Of a stretch of DNA of 64,000 nucleotides, positions 19,071 to 28,138 are shown piece by piece (the stretch's first letter is position 1; every line of letters starts with the position of its first letter). The position numbers and the translations under genes were made by a program. Below the pieces are notes generated by a model that was given only the letters and a program-made list of their open reading frames with translations, was not told the DNA's origin and did no database searches. Origin of the DNA: an uncultured Fibrobacterota bacterium (lineage in GTDB: Bacteria; Fibrobacterota; Chitinivibrionia; Chitinivibrionales; FEN-1185); the NCBI GenBank assembly GCA_963729895.1, contig CAVSQB010000022.1, positions 96,001 through 160,000 on the forward strand. The letters are read 5' to 3'.

Positions 19071-20195
19071 ATGAGAAAAGACTTCAAGGAAATAGCTCTT
19101 GCCGCTCCGAACCTGAAAGGCAAAGAGGAAGAATACGTCGTTCGGGCTATTCGCAGCTCCTGGATAAGTTCCACCGGCGAATTTATCCCTCGCTTTGAAA
19201 AGGAATTTTCCAGCATGGCGGGAACCTCCCAGACAGTTGCGGTTTGCAACGGCACCGTTGCTCTGCATCTTGCTCTGCTGGCCCTTGATGTACGACCCGG
19301 CGACGAAGTGCTGGTTCCGTCTTTGACTTACATCGCCACCGCCAATGCGGTGCGATACGTGGGCGCAGAGCCGGTTTTTGTTGATGTGGACCCCGACACT
19401 TGGTGCATTGATCCGAAACTGCTTGAAGCCGGGATTACCCGCAGGACAAAAGGGATCATAGCGGTTGACCTTTATGGACATCCGGCCGACATGGATCAAA
19501 TCAACCATGTCGCTGCCGTTCATGGACTGTGGGTGGTTGAAGATGCGGCGGAAGCTCATACCGCGCTGTATAAGAACCGTCCAACCGGCAGTCTCGCCAA
19601 AATCGGCACCTTTTCATTTTACGGCAACAAAATTTTTACCTGCGGGGAAGGCGGCGCACTTACGCTTGATGATCCCGGACTGACCCTACGTATCCGCACC
19701 CTGCGCGGTCAGGGTATGGATCCCGACCGCCGATACTATTTTCCGGTTACCGGTTATAATTTTCGGCTGACAAATGTTGCCTGCGCATTTCTTTGCGCGC
19801 AACTCGAGCGCAAAGAGGAAATTCTCGCAAGAAGAAGAAAAGTGTTTGCGGGTTACCGCGAAAGATTGAACAATGTTCCTGGAATCGGCTTCCAACCGGT
19901 TGCGTCCTGGGCGGTTCCGGCTCCATGGCTTTTTTGTGTCACTGTCGATAGCCGGTACGGGCATTCGCGCGACAAACTAATGACGCATCTGAAAGAAAAC
20001 GGCGTGGATTCCCGTCCGTTCTTCATCCCGTTGCATACCTTGCCGCCGTTCCGGCAGGAATCAATGCAGCGCAAGCAGACGTTCCCGGTGACGGAACGTC
20101 TTGCAACCACGGGGGTCAATCTGCCCACGCACCTGGACCTGACGGAATCCGACCTTGATTACATTTGCTCAATCATCCGGGACTTCGCTTCCTGA
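19071..20195 (+). CDS. DegT/DnrJ/EryC1/StrS sugar aminotransferase (perosamine synthase-like)
   Basis: NGTVALHLAL, EDAAEA, FSFYGNK..T.GEGG (PLP lysine) and GYNFR motifs. Confidence 0.93.
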   Translation: MRKDFKEIALAAPNLKGKEEEYVVRAIRSSWISSTGEFIPRFEKEFSSMAGTSQTVAVCNGTVALHLALLALDVRPGDEVLVPSLTYIATANAVRYVGAEPVFVDVDPDTWCIDPKLLEAGITRRTKGIIAVDLYGHPADMDQINHVAAVHGLWVVEDAAEAHTALYKNRPTGSLAKIGTFSFYGNKIFTCGEGGALTLDDPGLTLRIRTLRGQGMDPDRRYYFPVTGYNFRLTNVACAFLCAQLERKEEILARRRKVFAGYRERLNNVPGIGFQPVASWAVPAPWLFCVTVDSRYGHSRDKLMTHLKENGVDSRPFFIPLHTLPPFRQESMQRKQTFPVTERLATTGVNLPTHLDLTESDLDYICSIIRDFAS

Positions 20196-20285
20196 GCGCA
20201 TCGATCATGATGCCGGAGATACAATTGCGGAATCGACTTGGGATTATCAATTAGTAAACCAGATAGATTTGCGGTCCAGCACGAT

Positions 20286-21470
20286 ATGCGCATAGCCTGG
20301 TTCCATTCACATCTCCTGCATATCAACAGCGGCGGCACGAGATTCGTGCTGGATTACACCGAGGTTCTTCGGCGCAGCTTTGACCACGAGATAACTCTAT
20401 TCTGCGATGTTGCTTCAAGCGAAGCAGCGAACCAGATGGAACAAGCCGGCATGAAATTTGTGCAGCTTGATCACGAATCTACAAATTCAGCGGGCTACTG
20501 GTTGACACTGCCGGCCAGGATTAACCGGAAAAGAGCTCACGTGGAGAAGACGTTGCACGAATTTGATTTCATTATCAATAGCATGTTTCCAATGAACTGG
20601 CTTGTTTGCGATTTTGCGCTACCGAAAATCCAGATATGTTACGAGCCGTTCGCCTTCTTCTACGACAAGAGTTTTTTGCAGAACTTCAGGCTGCACCATC
20701 GGTTGTTTTTCCTGATGGCGAAAGTGCTGTATAGGAACGCCGACGCAGCAGCGGTAAGGAAGATGAACAAAGTCATTACCGTCAATGGAACTAATATTCC
20801 AAAACTATTGAAAGAATACGGCATTACCCCCAGCGTCGTTTATGCCGGAATTGACACTGAAATGTATAAGCGCGCCGAGGAAAAAGAAGCTCAAGACCTC
20901 CGCAAGAAGTATCCGGGGTTTCCGCTGTTGTTTCATAGCACCGATCTGACCGGAATCAAAGGTTCATATCCTTTACTCGATGTTATTGCCGAAATACGCA
21001 ACACCTTTCCGGAAACTAAACTGTTGTTCACCGTTTATGTAAATGACCCGATAGGCACGAAAAGATTCCTCAAACGTATTTCGGAACTGGGTTTGCGCAG
21101 CAACGTGGAATTTCTCGGATGCCTGCCTAAAGAAAAGCTTCCGCTTTATTATAGCGCCGTCGATTTTGTCTGCCAGCCAAGCATTAATCAACCTGCCAAC
21201 TGGCCCCTGAAAGAGTCCTTGCTGTGCGAGACCCCGATTATCGGTGGCGTTGAGAGTGAGGAAGTGAAGGAGTTTGTCAACGGCTGCAGTATTGAAGTCA
21301 GGGACACGAAGGCGTCAGCGGTTAAATTGATCAGCCTGTTCCGGCGGCGCAACGAATTGAATCTAAAAGAAAGCATTGCCGAAGTGCTTAAGAATTATTC
21401 GCGTAAATCCTGCGTTGCCGAACTGGATCAGATTATCAGGGACACGTATGAAAATTGTCAGAATAGATGA
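20286..21470 (+). CDS. GT4 family glycosyltransferase
   Basis: MRIAWF..SGG N-terminus, GIDT, KG..L, YYSAVDFVCQPS...PLKESL.C.TP motifs. Confidence 0.82.
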   Translation: MRIAWFHSHLLHINSGGTRFVLDYTEVLRRSFDHEITLFCDVASSEAANQMEQAGMKFVQLDHESTNSAGYWLTLPARINRKRAHVEKTLHEFDFIINSMFPMNWLVCDFALPKIQICYEPFAFFYDKSFLQNFRLHHRLFFLMAKVLYRNADAAAVRKMNKVITVNGTNIPKLLKEYGITPSVVYAGIDTEMYKRAEEKEAQDLRKKYPGFPLLFHSTDLTGIKGSYPLLDVIAEIRNTFPETKLLFTVYVNDPIGTKRFLKRISELGLRSNVEFLGCLPKEKLPLYYSAVDFVCQPSINQPANWPLKESLLCETPIIGGVESEEVKEFVNGCSIEVRDTKASAVKLISLFRRRNELNLKESIAEVLKNYSRKSCVAELDQIIRDTYENCQNR

Positions 21471-21873
21471 ATCCGGTCTCGGATTGCTGCGCAGGTTTAT
21501 TTCGCTGATCGGCGCTTCCGGTTCCGGCTTCAGATACTTCGGTTCGCGCCCTGCGGAAAGCATCAGCAACCACGTTGTGACACTGCTAGGGTTGGATGAT
21601 GCCGGCACACCGGTTTGTTATGGACATCTTGATCGCGACAAGGATGTCGTCTGGCTGGGGATTTGTGTTGCCGAAGGGCATACCGGCCAGGGGCTGGGCA
21701 CCACGATGTTGACGGTGTTGCTCGACTCCGGAGACAAGGCCGGAATTAAAGAAATAAAACTCTCCGTTGACAACAATAACGTTTCAGCCATACGCTTGTA
21801 TGAGAAGAATGGTTTCAGTTTGGTTTCCTGCGACGATAAAACTTCTTTCTACCAAAGAACCAGACCGGTTTGA
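21448..21873 (+). CDS. GNAT family N-acetyltransferase
   Basis: V....GQGLGT motif A and NVSAIRLYEKNGF. Confidence 0.88.
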   Translation: MKIVRIDESGLGLLRRFISLIGASGSGFRYFGSRPAESISNHVVTLLGLDDAGTPVCYGHLDRDKDVVWLGICVAEGHTGQGLGTTMLTVLLDSGDKAGIKEIKLSVDNNNVSAIRLYEKNGFSLVSCDDKTSFYQRTRPV

Positions 21874-21968
21874 GCCCCGTTGATTGAACCAGCGGAGTTG
21901 ATTATTTGCCATTCTGAGAAGGCCCGGTAGCGCCGCAAAAGCGGAAGACAAAGGAGTTTTCTTACGAC

Positions 21969-22730
21969 ATGAAGATCTCCATTGTAACCCCATCGCTGAA
22001 TCAGGGAGCGTTTATCGAAAGAACCATCAGGAGTGTTCTCCAACAAAAAGGGAATTTCAACCTGGAGTATATTGTCATGGACGGCGGTTCGATAGATTCG
22101 ACCCTTGATATTATTGGAAAATATCGAGATAGGGTAAAGCTTGTTTCGGAAGCCGATGAGGGCCAGAGCAACGCCATTAACAAAGGCTTTCGTATTGCAA
22201 CCGGTGATGTCTTTGCCTGGTTGAATTCCGACGATACCTATGAGCCCGGAGCACTTGAGTCGGTCGCAAACGTTTTTAGGAACCAAGATGCGGCATGGTG
22301 TTTTGGATATTGTCGCATTATTGACGAACACGATAATGAAATCCGGCAGTTGATCACTGCGTACAAGATCTTGCAATCGCGGCACTGTTCTTTCGAAAGA
22401 TTGTTACGCAGAGATTTCATACCGCAGCCTGCATGTTTTTTCTCGCGAGATTCATATCGCAAGACGGGAGAACTCGACGAGGCACTCTCCTATTCAATGG
22501 ACTACGATTACTGGCTAAGGTTATGGAAACGCTATGAACCGTATCCGATTCATTCATACCTGGCAAATTTTCGATGGCACTCAAGATCCAAAAACGGCCG
22601 GTCATTCAGTCGTGCCGCTCTTGAAACGTATCAGACGGCAAAACGGCACGCGCCCGCACATACTCGATTCGATATCTTTCTGCACTATATCCACTTTTGC
22701 ATGTTGAGGATCCTTTATAGATTCATGTAG
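21969..22730 (+). CDS. GT2 family glycosyltransferase
   Basis: ISIVTPSLNQ, DGGS.D, DEGQSNAINKG, WLNSDD and MDYDYWLR motifs. Confidence 0.92.
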   Translation: MKISIVTPSLNQGAFIERTIRSVLQQKGNFNLEYIVMDGGSIDSTLDIIGKYRDRVKLVSEADEGQSNAINKGFRIATGDVFAWLNSDDTYEPGALESVANVFRNQDAAWCFGYCRIIDEHDNEIRQLITAYKILQSRHCSFERLLRRDFIPQPACFFSRDSYRKTGELDEALSYSMDYDYWLRLWKRYEPYPIHSYLANFRWHSRSKNGRSFSRAALETYQTAKRHAPAHTRFDIFLHYIHFCMLRILYRFM

Positions 22731-22800
22731 ACCGTATCCGACACGGATGCGAGCGGGTCCCTGATTGGGAGATGAATTTATGTCGGTCGATACCCCAGGA

Positions 22801-23214
22801 TCAGCGAAAAACGGAGAGCTTCAGCAGGGTAAAATTCAAAATCGCGGAAACAGCGCCGACGATGATGACCATAAGAAAGTAATGGATGTGGAAGAAGTCA
22901 ACGCCTGTAAATAAGATAAAATTTCCAAGAAAGAAGAGACCTACCTGAATACAGACAAATCCCACTCCCTGCTTAATATGGGATGTCCGGCGCTTCTTAA
23001 ATACAAAAAAGGAATTTATGAGGTATGAATAGGCATATGATGAGAAGCCGGCGATATTGCTGCTTATTAGATAGTGGATATGTCCGATTTCAACTAGAAT
23101 AATCAGCGTTGAGTAGCATAAGAGTGCGGTTATACTTCCGCCGATAACATACCGGATAATTTCCTTATTGAGTGTTTTTCCGGACCAAAGCCGAAACAGG
23201 GATTTTACGGGCAT
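22801..23214 (-). CDS. GtrA family lipid-linked sugar flippase
   Basis: IRYVIGG start, four TM helices, N..FVF and NF......VF motifs. Confidence 0.85.
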   Translation of the reverse strand: MPVKSLFRLWSGKTLNKEIIRYVIGGSITALLCYSTLIILVEIGHIHYLISSNIAGFSSYAYSYLINSFFVFKKRRTSHIKQGVGFVCIQVGLFFLGNFILFTGVDFFHIHYFLMVIIVGAVSAILNFTLLKLSVFR

Positions 23215-24695
23215 TACGCTCTGATTCCGCGTGGTTTATCAAAACGAGATGAAATCTGCGACACGATCACAAGGAAGATGTTTCCCCCGACTATTCTTGC
23301 GTAGACAATACATTTCCCCGGGATTCCGCCGAGCATGACAAAGAAACTCTTCCACAGATGATAGCGTCCAGCCAGGAGAAAAGAACGAACAAGGGCCGGT
23401 GGAGAAAAAATGAAAGAGACTGTTTCAAGAACACACGTGAGATACGCGCGTATTCTTTCTTCCCTTGTAAACTCGGGCGTTTCACAGGCCGGTTGGGTGA
23501 ATGTAAGATCGTATGAAGGAACGCTGAACGAGTCGAATTCCTTATATATGGTTCCGTGCTGTTGGAACCATTCCCGCGCCGGTGACCCCAAATGAGGAAG
23601 AAACATGTTCCAATAGATAATATCCGGTTTCAGTGTTTTTGCCAATTGCAACGAGTCCATTTCGGCTTTTAACGTACTCTTCGGAAGCCCAATGATAAAA
23701 CAGAGATAGAGCGGCAATCGCTTCTTCCGTATCAACCGGCCTGCGGCAACGATATCGTCGAGTGTTTCGCCTTTTTGAACAAACTCGAACACTGCAGGGT
23801 TTCCGGACTCCACGGCGATGCACACATAGGGAATACGGCATTGTTTGAGCAGATCGAGCAGCTCTTCGTCGACGGTGTCGGCCCGAAGATTGTCAATGCT
23901 TAACCGTGCACGCACGTTTTGTGCTATGAATCGACGAAGAAATGATTTGAACCGTTCTCGATCCAGCGTCGGACAATCATCAACAATACGTACCGTCGTA
24001 ACGGACTTAAAAACGTCAAGTGAACGGCATATTTCGTCAAGGCACCGGTCGACAGTCCGGTAACGGATTTTTCTGCTGGAAATCTCACGGACCTCGCAAA
24101 AAGAACAATTGAAAGGGCAACCTCTCGAAAGTTGGATCGGCAACCATTTCATCTGCGAACTTCCGATTCCCCAACGGAAGTCCGCTTCGGGTATCGATCC
24201 GCCTTCCACCGGCGCCGGCCTGAGAATCCCGAGGTCTTTTCCCGAGAGAACCTTTGTGCAGATATCAACGATTACCTGTTCGGCTTCACCTCTCACAACA
24301 GCCGAAAAGAAAGGGTGCTCTTCCTGTAAGGTTTGGGCGTACAGTGCGACGTGCGGCCCGCCCGCAATAATCTTGCAAGCACTATTCTTTGCATGAAACC
24401 GGTGTACGAAATCAAGCGAACGGCCGAAATGAGTCGTGTACAACGATATGCCGCAAATATCCGGAGAATATCCTGCGACCCTCTCAAGAAATCGATCGTC
24501 GGGTTCGTTAAGGAACGACTGATCGAAGACGGAAGCCTCGAATCCGCTTTTCCGAAGTACGGTGGCCAACAGAACGAGTCCATAATGCGGCCAATGCGAT
24601 CTTGTGTCCGATCGGCCGGCATTTATGGACACAAGAGCAACTTTATTCACGGTATTTTCGCAAGCCTTTCCATAGCTGATTTCAACACTCGCCAC
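23214..24695 (-). CDS. Cobalamin-binding radical SAM protein
   Basis: PHYGL, AGGPH, RGEAE and SRGCPFNCSFC motifs. Confidence 0.9.
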   Translation of the reverse strand: MASVEISYGKACENTVNKVALVSINAGRSDTRSHWPHYGLVLLATVLRKSGFEASVFDQSFLNEPDDRFLERVAGYSPDICGISLYTTHFGRSLDFVHRFHAKNSACKIIAGGPHVALYAQTLQEEHPFFSAVVRGEAEQVIVDICTKVLSGKDLGILRPAPVEGGSIPEADFRWGIGSSQMKWLPIQLSRGCPFNCSFCEVREISSRKIRYRTVDRCLDEICRSLDVFKSVTTVRIVDDCPTLDRERFKSFLRRFIAQNVRARLSIDNLRADTVDEELLDLLKQCRIPYVCIAVESGNPAVFEFVQKGETLDDIVAAGRLIRKKRLPLYLCFIIGLPKSTLKAEMDSLQLAKTLKPDIIYWNMFLPHLGSPAREWFQQHGTIYKEFDSFSVPSYDLTFTQPACETPEFTREERIRAYLTCVLETVSFIFSPPALVRSFLLAGRYHLWKSFFVMLGGIPGKCIVYARIVGGNIFLVIVSQISSRFDKPRGIRA

Positions 24696-24712
24696 TCGCC
24701 ACTCGTGCGCGC

Positions 24713-25498
24713 TTATTGTGCTGCCGGATACCTTGCATAAATATCGCCCGACATGGTCGGGGTTACCTTTTCCCGAAAGGCGGCCAGGAATTCATGGATT
24801 GCAATCCAGTCACCATGTACGAAGTTCAACGAACCGTGGAGGGTGTAATTGAATGTGGGCGCACCGAGAGCATTCAGCAATCTTAGACATTTCTCTACTT
24901 CATCAAGCATCTCGACCCTGAATTCAAATGAGACGAATGGAATGCAATGCGTCAAGCCTGACAGCACCTGTCGTTCGAACCCCTCGACGTCGATTTTACA
25001 GAATTGCGGCAAACCATAAGAGTCGATTAAAGAATCCAGCGTTACCGTTTCGATTGAAACGGTCTTGTTCCACTTAAAGAGGCCAGCATATCGGCTTTGC
25101 TTTACCCAGCGCGGCGACATCGTTGAGATTCCCGAATTATACTCGCACACATAGAGTTCCGTGTTCCCGGGTTCTTCGGCAACCGCTTTTCCGACAATGG
25201 AAACATTGGGATTGGTTCCATATCGTCTTTGGAGGGCTCGAAGGCACACTGTTTGGGGTTCAACGCTTATGACACGCGCACCAAGCGCCAGGAATATTTC
25301 CGTTACGTCCCCTACATTGGCGCCGATATCGAAACACAGGCTTTCTTTACTTATGAAGTGCGAATAAAATCGAGACAGAGTGTTGAATTGCGTTCTTCCA
25401 TGCGGGGAATGATGATCGTACCAGATTCTAAGTTGTTGCGCCAGCGGATACATGCGAAAAGCATGGGCAATTTTTGTCGCGAGAGCAAAAGCTTTCAT
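24713..25498 (-). CDS. FkbM family methyltransferase
   Basis: FDIGANVG, VEP, TLDSL and KIDVEGFE..VL.G motifs. Confidence 0.92.
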   Translation of the reverse strand: MKAFALATKIAHAFRMYPLAQQLRIWYDHHSPHGRTQFNTLSRFYSHFISKESLCFDIGANVGDVTEIFLALGARVISVEPQTVCLRALQRRYGTNPNVSIVGKAVAEEPGNTELYVCEYNSGISTMSPRWVKQSRYAGLFKWNKTVSIETVTLDSLIDSYGLPQFCKIDVEGFERQVLSGLTHCIPFVSFEFRVEMLDEVEKCLRLLNALGAPTFNYTLHGSLNFVHGDWIAIHEFLAAFREKVTPTMSGDIYARYPAAQ

Positions 25499-25603
25499 GT
25501 ACCGGCCTGACGCTGCGGTTGTTATTCGGATTCCGTCAACTCACGCATTGCTTCACTCATAATATACTATCCGGTTTTGCAGGTAGCCGCCGGTTCTTGG
25601 CTG

Positions 25604-25632
25604 TTGACAAAACATGCCAGGAAACGTACAAT
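25604..25632 (+). promoter_or_regulatory. sigma70-type promoter
   Basis: TTGACA-17 bp-TACAAT upstream of the 25749 gene. Confidence 0.7.
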
Positions 25633-25748
25633 CTCAAATAAGGCGGGCCGCGGGAAAGGCGCCGGCGAGGGCGCCGTCCACGTTCTATAATCCGTCAAGG
25701 CCGCAGCCCTTCTGAGCGGTCCGGAAATCACCAACGAAACGGGACAGC

Positions 25749-28064
25749 ATGAGAAGAGAGATCAACTCCGCAGGCATGATGTACGCCATTTTCTTTCTGT
25801 CGGGAATAAGCGGACTTGTGTACGAGACGGTTTGGCTCAGGATGCTGATCCGGGTCCTGGGAAACACCGTGTATGCGACGTCGGTCATTCTGGCGGCTTT
25901 CATGGCCGGATTGGCGATCGGAAGCTTTGCGATAGGCCGGATTACGGGGCGGATAAAGAACGGATTGCGCTTCTACGCTTTTCTTGAACTGGGTGTGGCG
26001 CTGTCGGCGGTCGCCCTGGTGTCGGTGTTCGATCACCTGGCCCCTCTCTACCGGGTTATGTATGCGCTGGCTTCGGGTCACCGGACACTGCTCACGCTGT
26101 TTCAATCGATTCTTATGGTGGCGCTGCTTATTGTTCCCACGAGCCTCATGGGCGGAACGCTTCCGATCTTGAGCGCGTATACCAGGCGTTTTCAAAGCGG
26201 ACACTCACGGCGCATCGGCATTCTGTACGGATCAAATACGCTCGGCGCGTTCATCGGCGTTGTCGGCAGCGGGCTGTATGCAATCGGCGCCTGGGGAGAA
26301 TGGCAAACCGTTTATGGCGGGGCTCTGCTGAACCTGGTTGTTTCGTTGTTTGCATTCGGAATGTCCCGAGAGCTTGCGGGCGTGGAAAGCCCCGCAGCGT
26401 CCGGGGCAGACGGAACCAAGACCGGATCACCCCTGACATACAGGAAACTCATTCTTTGGGCTTACGCCGCGAGCGGGTTTGCGGCGATTTCCTACGAAAT
26501 CGTCTGGACACGCATGTTTCAGATCGAATTGGGAACGTCCATCTACGCTTTCAGCATGATGCTCGGGTTCTATCTTCTCGGCATCGGCCTGGGAAGCCTT
26601 GCCGGAGGGATCCTCATCCGGAAAATCAACAACAGCCTCAAGCTTTTCGGCTGGTTGCAGCTTGTGGTGGCGCTGTACGGCGTGGCAGGCATGTATTTTC
26701 TCGCCCGGTTCGAGCCCGTTACCTTTCTTCAGAACCTCGTTTTATCCAACATTATTGCCGTACCGCTCCTTATCGTAACGCCCCTGACGCTGGTGCTGGG
26801 CCTCATGTTCCCGGTCGTTTCTTCCCTTTATGTAAAAGAGCACGAGACCGGCCGCGGTGTGGGGCGGCTCTACTCGGCCAACACGGCCGGCTGCATCGCA
26901 GGATCGCTGGTGTGCGGTTTCATTTTGATCGGTACTTTTGGCACCAGGGGAACCATGATTCTTCTGGCAGGGATGAATGCCGTTCTCGGTGCGGCGATCC
27001 TTCTGGTTGCCGGTCGCCGCAGGGCTCTTCTTTCCGCCGTGCCGGCGGTCGCGGCAATAGCCGCAGCCGCGCTGTTTTCTCCTGATCCGTTTCTGGCGGC
27101 AATCGGCAAAACGGTGCATAAGGTGTACGGTGACCGGGCCTCCCAGGTTACCTTGTACCACCATCGGGAGCGCGCAGCAGCAACTACCACGGCGCTCGGC
27201 ATCACCAGCGACCCGCTCACCAAGGAGCTCTTTGTCAACGGCATCGGCATGACCAGGCTGTGCACGGAAGCCAAGCTCATGGCGCATCTGCCGCTCGCGC
27301 TCCACCGCAATCCGCACAGCATTCTTGTGATCTGTTTCGGCATGGGCACGGCCCTCAGATCGGCGTGGACTCACGAAGGTATTTCCTGCGATGTCGTGGA
27401 GCTGGACGGCGAGACCTACAAATGCTTCAAATATTTTCATGCAAACGGCGACCGGGTGCTGGCCGATCCGCGAGTGCGGCACTACGTTGACGACGGCCGG
27501 AACTTCTTGCTTATGAGCAGGCGGACCTACGACGTGATAACCATGGACCCTGCTCCTCCGCTTTGGAGCGCGGGCACCGTGAACCTTTACACGAGAGAAT
27601 TCTTCGGTTTGTGCCGGAGCCACCTGGCCGGCGGGGGCATCATGTGTCTATGGATACCGCCGGCCGGCTTTTCCGAGGTACGGATGATCATGAAGACCTA
27701 TCAGAGCGTTTTCCCCGCAACCTGGGTCTATGGCGGTCCCCACAACGCAGGATTTTATATGGTGGGTTCTACAGTCCTGCCGGATACAAGCATTGCAAGG
27801 CTCCGCGAGGTTTTGGGCAGCGGACCCGTTGAAGCGGACCTGAACGAGTGGGAACTGCGGCCTCTTACCCCCGAAGCAGTCCAGAGCCTTTATCTTATGG
27901 GCCCGGACGCGTTGAGGATATTTGCGAGCGGCGCTCCGGTAATTACCGACAACAATCCGTACACCGAATTCCCTTTGTGGAGGAGCATGTGGGACAAGAC
28001 CTACCGCTACACGCTCGACGCCGGGGGGCTGTGGTCCTGGAAGATTCACAATTTCCCCAAGTAG
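25749..28064 (+). CDS. Fused MFS-like membrane domain / spermidine-synthase-like SAM-binding protein
   Basis: SG.SGLVYE.VW.R.L...LG and LYG.NT.GA repeats; LVICFGMGT, VELD, DGRNFL and YDVITMDP motifs. Confidence 0.88.
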   Translation: MRREINSAGMMYAIFFLSGISGLVYETVWLRMLIRVLGNTVYATSVILAAFMAGLAIGSFAIGRITGRIKNGLRFYAFLELGVALSAVALVSVFDHLAPLYRVMYALASGHRTLLTLFQSILMVALLIVPTSLMGGTLPILSAYTRRFQSGHSRRIGILYGSNTLGAFIGVVGSGLYAIGAWGEWQTVYGGALLNLVVSLFAFGMSRELAGVESPAASGADGTKTGSPLTYRKLILWAYAASGFAAISYEIVWTRMFQIELGTSIYAFSMMLGFYLLGIGLGSLAGGILIRKINNSLKLFGWLQLVVALYGVAGMYFLARFEPVTFLQNLVLSNIIAVPLLIVTPLTLVLGLMFPVVSSLYVKEHETGRGVGRLYSANTAGCIAGSLVCGFILIGTFGTRGTMILLAGMNAVLGAAILLVAGRRRALLSAVPAVAAIAAAALFSPDPFLAAIGKTVHKVYGDRASQVTLYHHRERAAATTTALGITSDPLTKELFVNGIGMTRLCTEAKLMAHLPLALHRNPHSILVICFGMGTALRSAWTHEGISCDVVELDGETYKCFKYFHANGDRVLADPRVRHYVDDGRNFLLMSRRTYDVITMDPAPPLWSAGTVNLYTREFFGLCRSHLAGGGIMCLWIPPAGFSEVRMIMKTYQSVFPATWVYGGPHNAGFYMVGSTVLPDTSIARLREVLGSGPVEADLNEWELRPLTPEAVQSLYLMGPDALRIFASGAPVITDNNPYTEFPLWRSMWDKTYRYTLDAGGLWSWKIHNFPK

Positions 28065-28138
28065 GACGGTCGAGAGCGGGACACGCTTCTTTCCGAGAGA
28101 GGATATTCTGACCGCTCCTACGAAGATCCGGTCAAGCG

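Noticed and set aside
25633..25748. Riboswitch in the leader of the spermidine-synthase-like gene
   Set aside because: GC hairpins are present (GGCGCC pair) but no SAM or c-di-GMP consensus is recognisable.
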